DNA of 64,000 bases from an uncultured Lachnoanaerobaculum sp. (GCA_946999385.1 CAMQCZ010000001.1:26164-90163); one strand, 5' to 3'. Counted from the first letter of the stretch, positions 28,919 to 40,800 are shown. Translations and numbers: made by a program. Notes: generated by a model from the sequence alone, not told the origin.

Positions 28919-30412
28919 TTATGCTTCTAAAACTTCTATTATTCCATCTATGCTATATTTTTGTGCTGTTTTTAAAACATCATAGCCTAATTCATTACAA
29001 GCCTTCGTAGTAATACATCCTATTGATATAAGTTTTTTTTCCAATTTTTTTTTATCCTGAATCAAAATATCTAAGGCTTTAATACAAGAAGCACTACTTA
29101 CAACTATATAATCAGCTTCATTTACAGCTTTATTTAATATATCCCTTCTTCTATAATCAACTATAGTTCTATATAAGCTAACATCAGTATAGCTAATACT
29201 ATTTTCACTAAATATTTTCAATATATCCTTAGCTGAATCTGATGACCTGAATAAAATAAGCTTAGAAGATTTATCAATATTTTTTATAATTTCATTTGCC
29301 AAATCATATGTTGTATATTTGCTTGGAACAAAGTCAGCTATAATACCGTATTTTTTCAGTGCTTCTTCCGTCCCGGGACCTATAACTATAAATTTAAGCT
29401 TCAACAAGCATCTCAAATCTATTTCTTTTTCTTTAATATATTCAAAAAAATGTTTGACTCCATTTGAGCTGGTAAAAATAATATGTGTATAATTTGTAAT
29501 TTTATCTATATATAAGGAAAATTTTTCTTCATTTTCTCTTATACATTCAATTATACTTAAATTTATACTTTCTATATTTTTTTCTTCTAATTTTTTACTT
29601 AATTTTTTACAAAATTGTCTTGTACCCGGTATCAATATTCTTTTATTTATTAATCTTGTATTTTCATCTATAGCTTGCAAATCCAAGCCGGCAACATCTC
29701 CAACTATTAATAGTGCAGGTCTTTTGATTTTATCACAAAAATTAATATTATTTTTTAAAATATCATTCAAAGAAGCTAATGTAAAATTATATCTCTTTTG
29801 ATCTGCATATGTTCCTCTACTTATAATGCTTACAAAAGATTCAGGATTTTTTCCTGCTTTTAAAAGTCCTTCTACTATTTTGTCAATATTAAAGATAGAC
29901 ATCATAAATATTAATGTAGTATCAAGCCTCGATAAAAGTTCATAATCAATTCTATTAAAACTTCTATCACTACTTTCAGTAGCTGTTACTACATAAAATG
30001 ATGAATTTAAATTTCTATATGTTATAGGAATACCAAGACTTGCCGGTGCAGCTATAGCTGAGGTAATACCTGAAATAATTTCAAAATTGACATTATTATT
30101 TTTTAAATAAATTGCTTCCTCTGCTCCTCTTGCAAAAATATAAGGATCTCCCCCTTTTAATCTAATTATGTACTCATATTTTTTACTAAGCTCTACTAAT
30201 AACTTATTTATCTCTTCTTGATTCAAAGAATGCTTTGAAGCTTTTTTTCCTACATATATAAGCTCACACTCCAATCTTGCTTCATTTAATAAACTAAGTG
30301 GAATTAAATTATCAAAAAGTATAACATCAGCTTTTTTTATTCTATCAAGAGCTTTTATACTAACTAATGAAGCTAAACCCGGACCGGCTCCAACAAGACT
30401 TACTAATGACAT
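28919..30412 (-). CDS. cobA-hemD: Uroporphyrinogen-III C-methyltransferase / uroporphyrinogen-III synthase fusion (CobA-HemD)
   Basis: 497 aa. The N-terminal 'LVGAGPGLASLVSIKAL' is the SUMT motif and the C-terminal half is HemD-like. Confidence 0.8.
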   Translation of the reverse strand: MSLVSLVGAGPGLASLVSIKALDRIKKADVILFDNLIPLSLLNEARLECELIYVGKKASKHSLNQEEINKLLVELSKKYEYIIRLKGGDPYIFARGAEEAIYLKNNNVNFEIISGITSAIAAPASLGIPITYRNLNSSFYVVTATESSDRSFNRIDYELLSRLDTTLIFMMSIFNIDKIVEGLLKAGKNPESFVSIISRGTYADQKRYNFTLASLNDILKNNINFCDKIKRPALLIVGDVAGLDLQAIDENTRLINKRILIPGTRQFCKKLSKKLEEKNIESINLSIIECIRENEEKFSLYIDKITNYTHIIFTSSNGVKHFFEYIKEKEIDLRCLLKLKFIVIGPGTEEALKKYGIIADFVPSKYTTYDLANEIIKNIDKSSKLILFRSSDSAKDILKIFSENSISYTDVSLYRTIVDYRRRDILNKAVNEADYIVVSSASCIKALDILIQDKKKLEKKLISIGCITTKACNELGYDVLKTAQKYSIDGIIEVLEA

Positions 30413-30413
30413 A

Positions 30414-31328
30414 TCATTTACCCTTACTATTCAAATATTTAAAATAGCTTGATTTTTCCTTTATTTTTTTTAAAGCTTGTTCAAAATTATCAGATATATA
30501 ATCATAATAAAATTCTGATTTTTTATTTGCATACATTACCTTTATATTAAATATATCTTTATCTATATTGGTATATATACCGCAAGGAGCGTTACAGGCG
30601 GCACCAATATTTAATAAAAATTCTCTTTCAAGCAAAAATGCCTTCGTGGTTTCATCATTTTTAAGACTATTAATCAAAGATTCAAAATGATTTTTTCTAT
30701 ATTCTACAGCTAAAATCCCTTGCCCCGGTGCAGGTAAAAACAATTCAGGATTCAAGCTTTCAAAAAAAAGTCCTTTAAAATCCGAGTTTTCTTCATATTT
30801 ATTGAGTCTATTTATACCTGCACTTGCTAAAATAATAGCATCATATTCTCCTGACTTTAGCTTATTTATCCTTGTTTGTATATTTCCTCTCAAATCCTTG
30901 ATTTGTATATTTTTATTTATTTTTTGTGCTTGTAAGCTCCTTCTCAATGAGCTTGTTCCGATAATTTTGTCCTTGCCCAAATCTATAAGCTTTGTATCAG
31001 CACAGCTTATTAAAACATCACTCAAATCTTCTCTTTTCAGTATCGGACTTATAGCAAGTCCTTTTTTTATTTCGAGTGGAATATCCTTTGCACTATGTAT
31101 AGCCAAGTCTATATAGCCTTCTAATAATGCGTCTTCCAATTCCTTAGTAAATACTCCTTTTCCACCCATTTTTAACAAAGAAATATCCTGAATCTTATCT
31201 CCTAATGTTGACATAGATACTATTTCTATATTAATATCACTATCAATTTTTTTAATTTCATTACTTACAATTTCAGTTTGTAATAATGCCAGCTTGCTTT
31301 TTCTAGTTCCTATACGAATTGTTCTCAT
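30414..31328 (-). CDS. hemC: Hydroxymethylbilane synthase (porphobilinogen deaminase)
   Basis: 304 aa with 'IRIGTRKSKLALLQT'. Confidence 0.85.
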   Translation of the reverse strand: MRTIRIGTRKSKLALLQTEIVSNEIKKIDSDINIEIVSMSTLGDKIQDISLLKMGGKGVFTKELEDALLEGYIDLAIHSAKDIPLEIKKGLAISPILKREDLSDVLISCADTKLIDLGKDKIIGTSSLRRSLQAQKINKNIQIKDLRGNIQTRINKLKSGEYDAIILASAGINRLNKYEENSDFKGLFFESLNPELFLPAPGQGILAVEYRKNHFESLINSLKNDETTKAFLLEREFLLNIGAACNAPCGIYTNIDKDIFNIKVMYANKKSEFYYDYISDNFEQALKKIKEKSSYFKYLNSKGK

Positions 31329-31346
31329 AAAATTTCTTTCTTACTT

Positions 31347-32156
31347 TTAAATATCAAATAAATTTTTTATTCTTTTTATAAAAATATCTCTTATTGATTT
31401 ATATTCTGCCAATCCCTTTAAAATAACTTGGACATTATAAGAATTATTCAATAATATATTTTTCCAAGAGTTATCATCATTACCTGACATATCATTTTTC
31501 GCATGCTCTCCTGCAACTATCATTAATGGCATCAAAATAATATTTTTAATTTTATTATCTTTAATTTGTTCTAATATATTATCAAGATATGGGTATCCTT
31601 CTACACATGCAATATATATATTTTTATATTTATTTTCTTTAAATCTATAATCTAAAGCTGCATATGACGTATTACTATAATGGCAACTTCCATGCCCCAT
31701 CAACACTAAAGCCGTTTCATTATCATTTATAAAATCCAAGTTACTTATTTTTTTTATATCAAAATAAATATCCTGTGCTATTATATTAACTAAATTTTGA
31801 TAATCTTCATCATAAGTCAATAAAGGAGAAGCAAATTTAATACTTGAAAAATGATTACTATATTTAAGAACATCTCTTTTCATATTTTCATTTTCTACAC
31901 CATTAATTATATGTGTAGGTACAACTAAAAGGTCTTTTATTCCACAATCTATAATTTTTAAAATAGCCTTTGATACATCATTTATATCTATATCAGCTTC
32001 TTTCTTTAACTTATTTATTATAATCTTACTTGTCCATGCACTAAATACCTGAGTATCGTAAAATGTATTTTTTATATCTTCTTCTATTTTATCTATTGTC
32101 TTTTTTCTTGTATCCTCATGACTTGTTCCAAAACTTACTATTAAAATTGCTTTCAT
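31347..32156 (-). CDS. cbiK: Sirohydrochlorin cobaltochelatase CbiK-like
   Basis: 269 aa. 'KAILIVSFGTSHEDTR' and the size match anaerobic cobaltochelatase CbiK. Confidence 0.65.
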   Translation of the reverse strand: MKAILIVSFGTSHEDTRKKTIDKIEEDIKNTFYDTQVFSAWTSKIIINKLKKEADIDINDVSKAILKIIDCGIKDLLVVPTHIINGVENENMKRDVLKYSNHFSSIKFASPLLTYDEDYQNLVNIIAQDIYFDIKKISNLDFINDNETALVLMGHGSCHYSNTSYAALDYRFKENKYKNIYIACVEGYPYLDNILEQIKDNKIKNIILMPLMIVAGEHAKNDMSGNDDNSWKNILLNNSYNVQVILKGLAEYKSIRDIFIKRIKNLFDI

Positions 32157-33127
32157 TATATACTTCCTTCATCAATATATTTAGCTAGTTCTAAAGCAAA
32201 ATATGTAATATAAATATTAGCCCCTGCTCTAAATGCTGATATAGCAACTTCCTTTATCATTTCATCCTCATTAATATACCCTAAGGATGATGCAGATTTT
32301 ATCATTGCATATTCTCCGCTTACAGAATAAGCCGCTATAGGAAGATTAAACTTGCTTGCCTTTAAAACTATATCCAAATAAGCTAAAGCAGGCTTTATAA
32401 TAATTATATCTGCACCCTCATAAATATCCATCTCAATTTCTTTTATAGCTTCTTTTGAATTATAATAGTCCATTTGATAAGTTTTTCTATCAGAAAAACT
32501 CGGCTTTGAAGATGCAGCCTCCCTAAATGGTCCATAAAAATTAGAAGCATATTTTACTGCATATGACATAAGTGCTACATTTATAAAGCCTTCATCATCT
32601 AAAGCATTTCTTATAAATTCAATCCTTCCATCCATCATATCAGATGGAGCTAAAACATCAGCACCAGCCTTAGCATATGACAAAGAGATCTTTGCCAGAT
32701 ATTCCAAGCTTTCATCATTATCAATTTCTTTATTATGTACTATCCCACAATGGCCATGGCTTGTATATTCACACATACAAACATCAGCTATTATAAAAAA
32801 TTGTGGATAATGCTTTTTAATAAATCTAATACTTTCCTGAATAATACCTTTATCACTAAAAGCTTCACTTGCAAATTCATCCTTAGTCTTTGGTATTCCA
32901 AATAAAAGTATATTGTATACCTTAGCTTGCAAAAGCTTATCTAAAATAATATAAAGCTTATCTATACTATATCTATATTGACCTTGCATAGATTCTATTT
33001 CTTCATATATATTTTCACCCTCTTTTATAAAAATAGGATAAATAAGAGAGTCTTTTTCTATTTTAGTTTCTCTAACTAATTCTCTGATTCTGTAATTATT
33101 TCTTAATCTTCTTGCTCTTTTCAACAT
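32156..33127 (-). CDS. hemB: Porphobilinogen synthase (delta-aminolevulinic acid dehydratase)
   Basis: 323 aa with the Cys-rich metal site 'CMCEYTSHGHCG' and active-site Lys regions. Confidence 0.85.
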   Translation of the reverse strand: MLKRARRLRNNYRIRELVRETKIEKDSLIYPIFIKEGENIYEEIESMQGQYRYSIDKLYIILDKLLQAKVYNILLFGIPKTKDEFASEAFSDKGIIQESIRFIKKHYPQFFIIADVCMCEYTSHGHCGIVHNKEIDNDESLEYLAKISLSYAKAGADVLAPSDMMDGRIEFIRNALDDEGFINVALMSYAVKYASNFYGPFREAASSKPSFSDRKTYQMDYYNSKEAIKEIEMDIYEGADIIIIKPALAYLDIVLKASKFNLPIAAYSVSGEYAMIKSASSLGYINEDEMIKEVAISAFRAGANIYITYFALELAKYIDEGSI

Positions 33128-33130
33128 AAT

Positions 33131-33601
33131 TTAATATTTAATCTTATTATTTATACTAAGCCTTTCTTCTATATTTTTTCTTATTATTTTAACCTTTTTA
33201 TGTTGCTCACCATTACAATTTATTGCAATATTTAAATCCTCAGCCAATATAATAGATGGAAAATAAAAACTACATTCACATTTATTACTTGCATTATTAT
33301 ATAAAATATTATTTTTCTTTGCTAAAATACATATTTTAGAATTTAATTCTTCATCATTAGTCAAAGCTAATACTACATCAATATTATTAAGATCCGCTTC
33401 CTTAAAAGCTCTTATTTCCATATTTATAGAATTGTCTTTAATAATATTTAAAATTTCATTATCTATACTTCTTGAAATGATTTTTATATTACTATCAAAA
33501 AAAAGTAATACTCTAAGCCTTCTTTTTGCGATATTCCCCGATCCTACTATCAAAATATTTTTATTGCTTATATCAAAAAAAATAGGAAAATATTTATTCA
33601 T
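33131..33601 (-). CDS. sirC: Precorrin-2 dehydrogenase / sirohydrochlorin ferrochelatase (SirC / CysG N-domain-like)
   Basis: 156 aa with the NAD-binding 'ILIVGSGNIAKRRLRVL' motif. Confidence 0.6.
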   Translation of the reverse strand: MNKYFPIFFDISNKNILIVGSGNIAKRRLRVLLFFDSNIKIISRSIDNEILNIIKDNSINMEIRAFKEADLNNIDVVLALTNDEELNSKICILAKKNNILYNNASNKCECSFYFPSIILAEDLNIAINCNGEQHKKVKIIRKNIEERLSINNKIKY

Positions 33602-33650
33602 AATTATCCTTTACAAAATTTATTTAACACCTTATAATATCAATATCTTA

Positions 33651-33732
33651 AGCAGAAATGGCGGAATTGGCAGACGCGTATGGTTCAGGTCCATATGATT
33701 TTTATCGTGAGGGTTCGAGTCCCTTTTTCTGC
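33651..33732 (+). tRNA. tRNA-Leu (anticodon CAG)
   Basis: Acceptor GCAGAAA/TTTCTGC, anticodon arm TATGG-TTCAGGT-CCATA, variable arm hairpin, and T-arm GAGGG-TTCGAGT-CCCTT. CCA is not encoded. Confidence 0.8.
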
Positions 33733-33733
33733 A

Positions 33734-34777
33734 TTATAATAATTCTATCAAGGCTTGCACATCTTCATCCTTTGTTGCAAAGCTTGTACAAATTCTTATT
33801 ATTGAGCTTGTATCATCATATCTTTCCATATATCCTATAACAATATTTTTTTCTAATTCTTTTAATTTCAAATCATCTATTATTATAAATTGCTGATTTG
33901 TAAAAGAATCAACAAATATTTTATATCCTTTTTTTATCAAATTCTCTTTAATTATAAGTGCTTGCTCTACTGCTCTTTTAGATATTTTCATATACAAATC
34001 ATCTGTAAATAAAACGAGGAATTGTATACCTAAAATTCTTGATTTAGCAAGCAAGGCACCATTTTGTTTTATTGTAGTTGCAAAGTAGTCTATATTTATT
34101 CTATTTCTTATTTCTTCAGGTTTTGGTATTACTATTGCTTCTCCAAACAAAGCTCCACATTTCGTTCCACCTATATAAAATATATCTACTATATCAGCTA
34201 ATGAAGGTAAATCAACATCATTTTTAGGACTTGCCAGTGCATATCCTAATCTTGCACCATCAACAAAAAATAACAAATCATACTTTTTACATATTTGCTT
34301 CAGTTCTAAAAGCTCACTTTTAGAATATAAAGTTCCATATTCAGTCGGCTGCGAAATATATAGCATAGCAGGTAGTGCATAATGTTTTTTATTTGGATTT
34401 CTATGAAAATTAAATAAATATTTTTTTAATTCTTCAATATCTATTTTTCCTTCATGTGCATTTATAGGTATAATCTTATGTCCACTTTTTTCTATAGCTC
34501 CCGCCTCATGATCTAAGATATGCCCTGTTATAGGACTTATTATTGCCTCATAATTTTTAAGTCCTGCATTTATAATTGTCATATTAGTCTGTGTTCCACC
34601 TGATAAAAAATAAATCTTAGAATTTTTTTGCATACAAGCACGTTTTATATTTTTACTTGCTTGTATAGAATATTCATCCTCACCATATGGGTTTTGCTTG
34701 ATATCATTTGTTTCAACTAATTTATCAAGTATTTTCTTATGACAAGCTTCACTATAATCATTTATAAAATATAACAT
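33734..34777 (-). CDS. ltaE: Low-specificity L-threonine aldolase (PLP-dependent, beta-eliminating lyase family)
   Basis: 347 aa. 'FLSGGTQTN', 'VDGARL' and 'IGGTKCG' (PLP-Lys) are typical. Confidence 0.65.
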   Translation of the reverse strand: MLYFINDYSEACHKKILDKLVETNDIKQNPYGEDEYSIQASKNIKRACMQKNSKIYFLSGGTQTNMTIINAGLKNYEAIISPITGHILDHEAGAIEKSGHKIIPINAHEGKIDIEELKKYLFNFHRNPNKKHYALPAMLYISQPTEYGTLYSKSELLELKQICKKYDLLFFVDGARLGYALASPKNDVDLPSLADIVDIFYIGGTKCGALFGEAIVIPKPEEIRNRINIDYFATTIKQNGALLAKSRILGIQFLVLFTDDLYMKISKRAVEQALIIKENLIKKGYKIFVDSFTNQQFIIIDDLKLKELEKNIVIGYMERYDDTSSIIRICTSFATKDEDVQALIELL

Positions 34778-34789
34778 ATATATCTCCTG

Positions 34790-36826
34790 CTATTTTAATA
34801 CCTCATTTAATTTCTGAGTGCCTTCCAAAATAAAAATACCATCCTTTATTATATCAATCCTTTCTCCGCTATAGCTTACTCCATATATATTCCCAAGTTC
34901 GTGATAAGGAATAGTTATATCAGTATGACAGGCAAAATATGCCTTTTGCGGATTTTCCTTTCTAAGCATTGAACATTCATTTTCTCTCGCAATAATTGCT
35001 TTTCCATCAGGATTGTATGTCATAATATCCTCTTCATGACTATAGCAAGTATCTCCTATTGCAAAATGCGGTCCTGTCTTTTCAGCAATCAAAATAGGAA
35101 GTTTTTTACTTATTCCATATTTCAATCCTATATGATAAGCTAAGGTATTGGTTCCTATTGCAAATTCTCCAATAGGCAAACTTTTATGACCTTTTAAAAG
35201 CACATCTTCTATCAATTTATAATTATCATTATCATCTTCAAAATTTTTACATTCATATGTACTTACCATACCATTTTTAAATTTCAGTTTTAAATCTTTA
35301 AATGATATTCCCCATAAGAATACGTCTTTAACATGTAAAATACCATCTGTTCTATATAATACCGGAGATGTAAAAATCTCACCTAAAGGAACATTTACAT
35401 CTGCAAGACAATTTTCAAAATTAGTCTCTTTATCAGGATTCTTTAATTCATGTAATGAAATTCTTATATTTGTTTGATTCCCATTTCCACCTTCAACTAC
35501 TACATAACTTGCCTTATCCAAAGCATCTATGATTTTTTGTTGAATTTCCATATATATTTTATAATCCAGGGTATTAATTTTTATAATATCATCAAAAATA
35601 TTCTTATATTCTTCATCAGATTTTGCTATTTCTGATATAGGCCAAGCAATTATTGTAAATGATATTTCTTCAGTTTTAAGATAATTATTTTTCAAATTAA
35701 CACTTCTAACATTATAATCACCTTGTAAATCTTTTTGCTTAGATGTATAAATATTAGTATTAGTCTTACTAATAGGCTTAAATTCTTTTTCTCCAAAGGT
35801 TTCCATCAAAGCAAGACCTGAATAAAATCGTATTTCATTTTTCAAAATTTCATATGCCTTTTGTAATTCAGTAAAACGTCTTTCAATATATGCTTTATCA
35901 AAAAATATTCTACTATCAAATCTATGATCATAATCAAGCTGTCTATTATATGAAGAATTACCACAACCTACATTTCTTGTTGTAGACTTATCTACAAGTA
36001 AATAAGGTTTTCTGCATAATATGACTTCCAATCCTATGCTTCTAAAGTTTAAAATAGCTCTTCTAACAATTTTTTCAAATCCTAATTCATATACAATACT
36101 TACATATTTTTTCTTTTTTAAGTCCTTTTTTGCAATCTCAAAGCCTCTTACATAAGCCTCAGTATATGCATTAGCCATTTTATCTATTGTAATATCATCA
36201 AGCTTAGCTAAATATCCTGATGTTTTAATAGCTGATAAATCCACATATTCCCCAAATTTAAATAAGTATAAAGGATTATCCAAATTATCATTTAAAATAA
36301 TATTTTCAAATAATTTATTTTCATTAGTAAAATTATCTCTCATTCTACTTAAAACACTTATATCCAAGTAATCAAAAGCATAATAATATATTGCCTTTTC
36401 TATACAGGTATTGTTAGGTATATCATTTTCAAAAAGACAATATATTTCTAAAAACAATTCCAATATACTCGCGATTTCATTATATTTTTTATCAAATAAT
36501 AAAAATATAATATTTCTAATTTCTAAAGCTAAGGCTGATAAGAGCTTTGCCTTTTCTTTATCTACATATGCAAAATATTCAGGATTATAAATACTATTTT
36601 CATATTCTTCGCCTATAAGACCTGAATATAAATCCTTTTGTACATATAACAATTCTTCTAAAGTATATTTATTTTTATCATTTAAAAAAATATCTTTTGC
36701 CTCAAATGCTTTAGATATAAACAAGCTTAATTCAATAAAATAATTTCTATATTCTATATTTACATTATTATCAAAAGGTATCTGTTTTATACGATTCAAA
36801 GATAAATTTATTCTCTCATTTTCCAT
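34790..36826 (-). CDS. Hypothetical 678-aa protein; the C-terminal region is possibly M29 aminopeptidase-like
   Basis: No unambiguous motifs by eye. The C-terminal 'HFAIGDTCYSHEE...ACHTDITIPY' segment is weakly reminiscent of thermophilic aminopeptidases. Confidence 0.3.
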   Translation of the reverse strand: MENERINLSLNRIKQIPFDNNVNIEYRNYFIELSLFISKAFEAKDIFLNDKNKYTLEELLYVQKDLYSGLIGEEYENSIYNPEYFAYVDKEKAKLLSALALEIRNIIFLLFDKKYNEIASILELFLEIYCLFENDIPNNTCIEKAIYYYAFDYLDISVLSRMRDNFTNENKLFENIILNDNLDNPLYLFKFGEYVDLSAIKTSGYLAKLDDITIDKMANAYTEAYVRGFEIAKKDLKKKKYVSIVYELGFEKIVRRAILNFRSIGLEVILCRKPYLLVDKSTTRNVGCGNSSYNRQLDYDHRFDSRIFFDKAYIERRFTELQKAYEILKNEIRFYSGLALMETFGEKEFKPISKTNTNIYTSKQKDLQGDYNVRSVNLKNNYLKTEEISFTIIAWPISEIAKSDEEYKNIFDDIIKINTLDYKIYMEIQQKIIDALDKASYVVVEGGNGNQTNIRISLHELKNPDKETNFENCLADVNVPLGEIFTSPVLYRTDGILHVKDVFLWGISFKDLKLKFKNGMVSTYECKNFEDDNDNYKLIEDVLLKGHKSLPIGEFAIGTNTLAYHIGLKYGISKKLPILIAEKTGPHFAIGDTCYSHEEDIMTYNPDGKAIIARENECSMLRKENPQKAYFACHTDITIPYHELGNIYGVSYSGERIDIIKDGIFILEGTQKLNEVLK

Positions 36827-36827
36827 A

Positions 36828-37235
36828 TTAAGCTCCTACAATAATTATTATAACCCAAAAAATAAGCTGTATTCCTGACAATAGTAAGCTTAAATATTTT
36901 AAAAGCTGTTTTTTATTACTATTATTCTTAAAATCCTTATATATATAATATAATGAATAGATATCAAATATTAAGCTCGAAAAAATTATAGCTGATATAT
37001 ATAAGCGAGGATTTCCCTTATAATATATTACAAGCCTTATTGATATATAAGATAATAATAAAGCAAACAAGCTAAGTAATAGAGCTATCTTTGAATATAT
37101 TGAATATGATATTCTAAGATAATTTATTTTATTACTATCCTCAATTTCAAATTTTTCATCTATATATTTCGGTCTATATCTTTCATCATCAAGTATAGAT
37201 ATATCATTTTTCTTATTTCTAAAAAAATTTAACAT
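36828..37235 (-). CDS. Hypothetical membrane protein
   Basis: 135 aa with 3 predicted TM helices. Confidence 0.3.
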   Translation of the reverse strand: MLNFFRNKKNDISILDDERYRPKYIDEKFEIEDSNKINYLRISYSIYSKIALLLSLFALLLSYISIRLVIYYKGNPRLYISAIIFSSLIFDIYSLYYIYKDFKNNSNKKQLLKYLSLLLSGIQLIFWVIIIIVGA

Positions 37236-37243
37236 AAGCTCCT

Positions 37244-37720
37244 CTACCGCATCATATTTTTCTTATAATTATATTTTGCATATGTTTTATAAAAAATCAA
37301 AAATATTGTATATCCTAAAATGCAACCTAAAGTATTTAAAAAAATATCATCAACATCAAAACAACCGACTTTGAATCTCAGTTGTGTAAGCTCTATGAAA
37401 AAGCTGAATAAAAGGCCTTGAAAGCATGTCCTTAAAAAGCTATGTTTCCTTATTCCGATTATAGGTCTAAAAATTCCAAATGGTATAAAAGCTAAAATAT
37501 TTCCAAAAATATTCAAACTAAAAGCATAAAAACCAAGTTTTTTTCTATATATATAAAACCTTCTTATTTCTTTAAACAAATAAATATTATATCTAGGTAA
37601 ATTATTATTTATATCTCTTCCTAAGGCTTCTGAAAAAAACAAAAAATATACTAATAAAATCAAGTAAATTAGGAATAAAATCATACCTATTATTTTATTT
37701 TTTTTATTTATTCTATTCAT
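37244..37720 (-). CDS. VanZ family protein
   Basis: 158 aa with the VanZ-like 'NILAFIPFGIF' and 'ELTQ...DVDDIFLNTLGCILGY' pattern. Confidence 0.6.
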   Translation of the reverse strand: MNRINKKNKIIGMILFLIYLILLVYFLFFSEALGRDINNNLPRYNIYLFKEIRRFYIYRKKLGFYAFSLNIFGNILAFIPFGIFRPIIGIRKHSFLRTCFQGLLFSFFIELTQLRFKVGCFDVDDIFLNTLGCILGYTIFLIFYKTYAKYNYKKNMMR

Positions 37721-37725
37721 TAGAT

Positions 37726-37875
37726 TTAAAAAGATAAATCATCCTTTCTGCTTAAAAGCTTGCCACCTATAACTATATTAATTACACCGGCACTGATTCC
37801 TACAATAATCAATATTATTCCTGTAGCTATATTAATAGCACCTGAATTTCTCATTGTACTATATATCTTTTCCAT
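37726..37875 (-). CDS. Small (49 aa) membrane protein, not in the ORF track
   Basis: MEKIYSTMRNSGAINIATGIILIIVGISAGVINIVIGGKLLSRKDDLSF, preceded by a strong RBS (AGGAGGAGTAAATA-ATG). Confidence 0.35.
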   Translation of the reverse strand: MEKIYSTMRNSGAINIATGIILIIVGISAGVINIVIGGKLLSRKDDLSF

Positions 37876-37887
37876 TATTTACTCCTC

Positions 37888-40800
37888 CTATTTAAAATCA
37901 TCTTTAATAATATTCCAAACAGCATCAACACTATTATATTTTCTAATATAAGTATCAGCTTTTTCAGACATCTTTGTCAATCTATCATTATCATTATATA
38001 AAGACACAATCTCATTTGCAAAATCCTTTTCACTATCTATAATTTCCATAACATTCTCAGCATTTTTTATACCCTCAGCTCCTACATTCGTAGTAATAAG
38101 TGGTACATTATAGTAAAGTGCCTCTATAACTTTTCCTTTTACACCGGCTCCAAACCTTAGTGGAACTACAACTAATTTTACATTTCTATATAAAAGTTCC
38201 AACTCTTCTTCACTTACAAAGCCCTTAAACACTATTCCTTTTTCTTTATTATTAAGAGCTTTAATTTCATCATCAGCCTTTGAACCGACAATATAAAAAT
38301 TGAGTTTTAATTGCTTACTTACATGTGGATATATATTTTTTACAAACCATAAAAGCCCGTCTTTATTCGGAGGATGTCCAAATCCACCAACAAATAAAAT
38401 ACCTTCTCTTTTTGTAAAATCTCTATTTATATTTTTTTTGAATTTATCATAAACATATGCAGTTATCGGCTTTACATTGATATTTTTATCAATATTTTTT
38501 ATATAATCACATTCTACTACAGATGGATAATATGATATATCTGCTTTTCTTAATATATTCATTTCTATATTTTTCCAATATCTGCTATTTAACTTATATT
38601 CTCTATCATTAGTTAATTCATATTCTCTATTTTCTCTTAAAAAATGAAGATCGTGACCATAATATATAACCTTGATATTAGTATTTTTTTGTATAAAATC
38701 AATATACTTATAAGCTATATTCGGTCTATTTATATAAGCAATATGTATATCCTTTGCATTTCTTTTTATCCAATCAAATATATCAAGCTGCATATCCTTT
38801 CCATATAAGACTTCAATACCCAAATTTTCCAAAATACTTGTATAAGGCTCATCCTTTAGAAAATTATCTCCTAAAAATTTAACTATATACCCTTTTTTCA
38901 CCAGCATTTTCAGATATTGATATGTTGTTTTTGAGCCTGCATCCTTATCAAAGGTTGGAACATAATGATCAATAAATAAAATTATTTTTTTATTTTTACT
39001 TCTTTCCCTTGCCCTAAAAACTTCAGGGCTTTCATTATTATCAAATTGTTCCTTTAATTCTTTTTCCCATTTATTCTTTAATTTTTCAGAATTTTCTATT
39101 TGATATTTTTTAAGGCCGCTACCATTAACATCAGTACCATTTGAAATACCTTCAAAATGTATAACTACTGATTTTGGTTGATAGACTACTCTCAAGCCTC
39201 TTTTTCTAACTTCAAAGCAAAGATCGGAATCTTCACAATATGCCGGTGCAAATCTATCATCAAAGCCACCTATTTCTTTCCACAGCTTTCTATTTAGCAT
39301 AATACAAGCACCTGAAATATAGTCTACATCCTTTACATAATTATATTGACATTTGTTTGGATTATCAAATCTTCCAAAATTCCATGCACTTCCATCAGAC
39401 CAAATTATTCCTCCTGCCTCTTGTAATCTACCGTCAGGATAAACAAATTTCGCACCTACCAATCCTATGCTATTATCACTCTCATAAAGCTTTATCATAT
39501 TCAAAAAGCAATCTTTTTCTACTACAGTATCATTATTTAAAAATAAAATATATTCTCCCTTTGCTATTTTAGCAGCTTGATTGCAATTTCTTAAAAACCC
39601 CTGATTACTTGTATTTCTTGATATAACTATATTTTTTACATATCTACTCAAATTCTTAGTTTCATCACTTGACACATCATCAGCTATAATAACTTCATAA
39701 GATAGATTATTAGTATTTTTTAATATACTTACTAAACAATTATAAGTATAATTAATTTGATTATATACAGGTATAATTATACTTAACTTCGGTTTATCAA
39801 AATATTCAAATTTTAATTCTCCTGAATTTAAATACTCTTCTCCTATATTTATATTTCCAAGTATTTTATTTCTTCCTTCTTTTGTAGCTAATTGCTTAAA
39901 AAGATATATAGGTCTTATAAGCAAAAATTTTATATAGCTTAATACTCTTCTTCTTTTTGTACCCCTTGGAAACTTATTATTTATTATTGATTTTATTTTT
40001 CTATATACTCTATATATTATAGATAAATGCTTATTCAAATGCTTAATAGTATTATTTAGATGTATAATATTAGTATTTTCAGCTCTTAAATTTTCTATAA
40101 TATTTTCGAGATTTATAACATGATTTTCAGTAAGTCTTTTTAATTCCATCAGCTTTTCTACTGAAAGGCTCTTATCCTCATAATTATCTTTTAATTCCAG
40201 ATATTTATCCCACAAATTTTCTATATCCTTACCATACTTAAAATCAACTAAATAATTATCTAAATATATCTCTTGATTATCACCATGAACTTTTTCTTGG
40301 AATTTTTTTTCAATAGCTTCAAATTCTTTAATATTTTCTTCAGATATGTCAAATTCCTTTAATATAGTCTCCAATGAATCGCAAAGCTTATTATTGTACT
40401 TATTATAAAATGATTGTAATGCACGATAATAAGAATATTTTTTATTTAAAATTTTATTTGATACCCATTCATAATCTATTGCTATAATTTTATTGTCCTG
40501 AATTATAAAATTATCAAAATTTGCATCAATATTAGATATTCCATCCGATACAATATCTGAAAATATATTTTTAATGTACTGAATATCAAGTTTTTTATCT
40601 TTTATTTTTTCTAATATACTTATACTCAAATTTTTACCGTTTATATACTCAAAATCAATATAATTCCCATCATCAGAAAGCTTAGGTTCTAAATAAATTA
40701 TTTTTTTATTTTCTTCTCTCAGTCTATAATAAGATTTTGCTATATTAAATATATGCTCCTTTGAAGCCTCACTTAACGCACTTTTTCTTACTATATATTT

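Noticed and set aside
33432-33840. Plus-strand ORFs 33432..33698 and 33658..33840
   Set aside because: They overlap the tRNA-Leu gene and the sirC/ltaE ends. Their sequence is hydrophobic low-complexity, so they are judged spurious.
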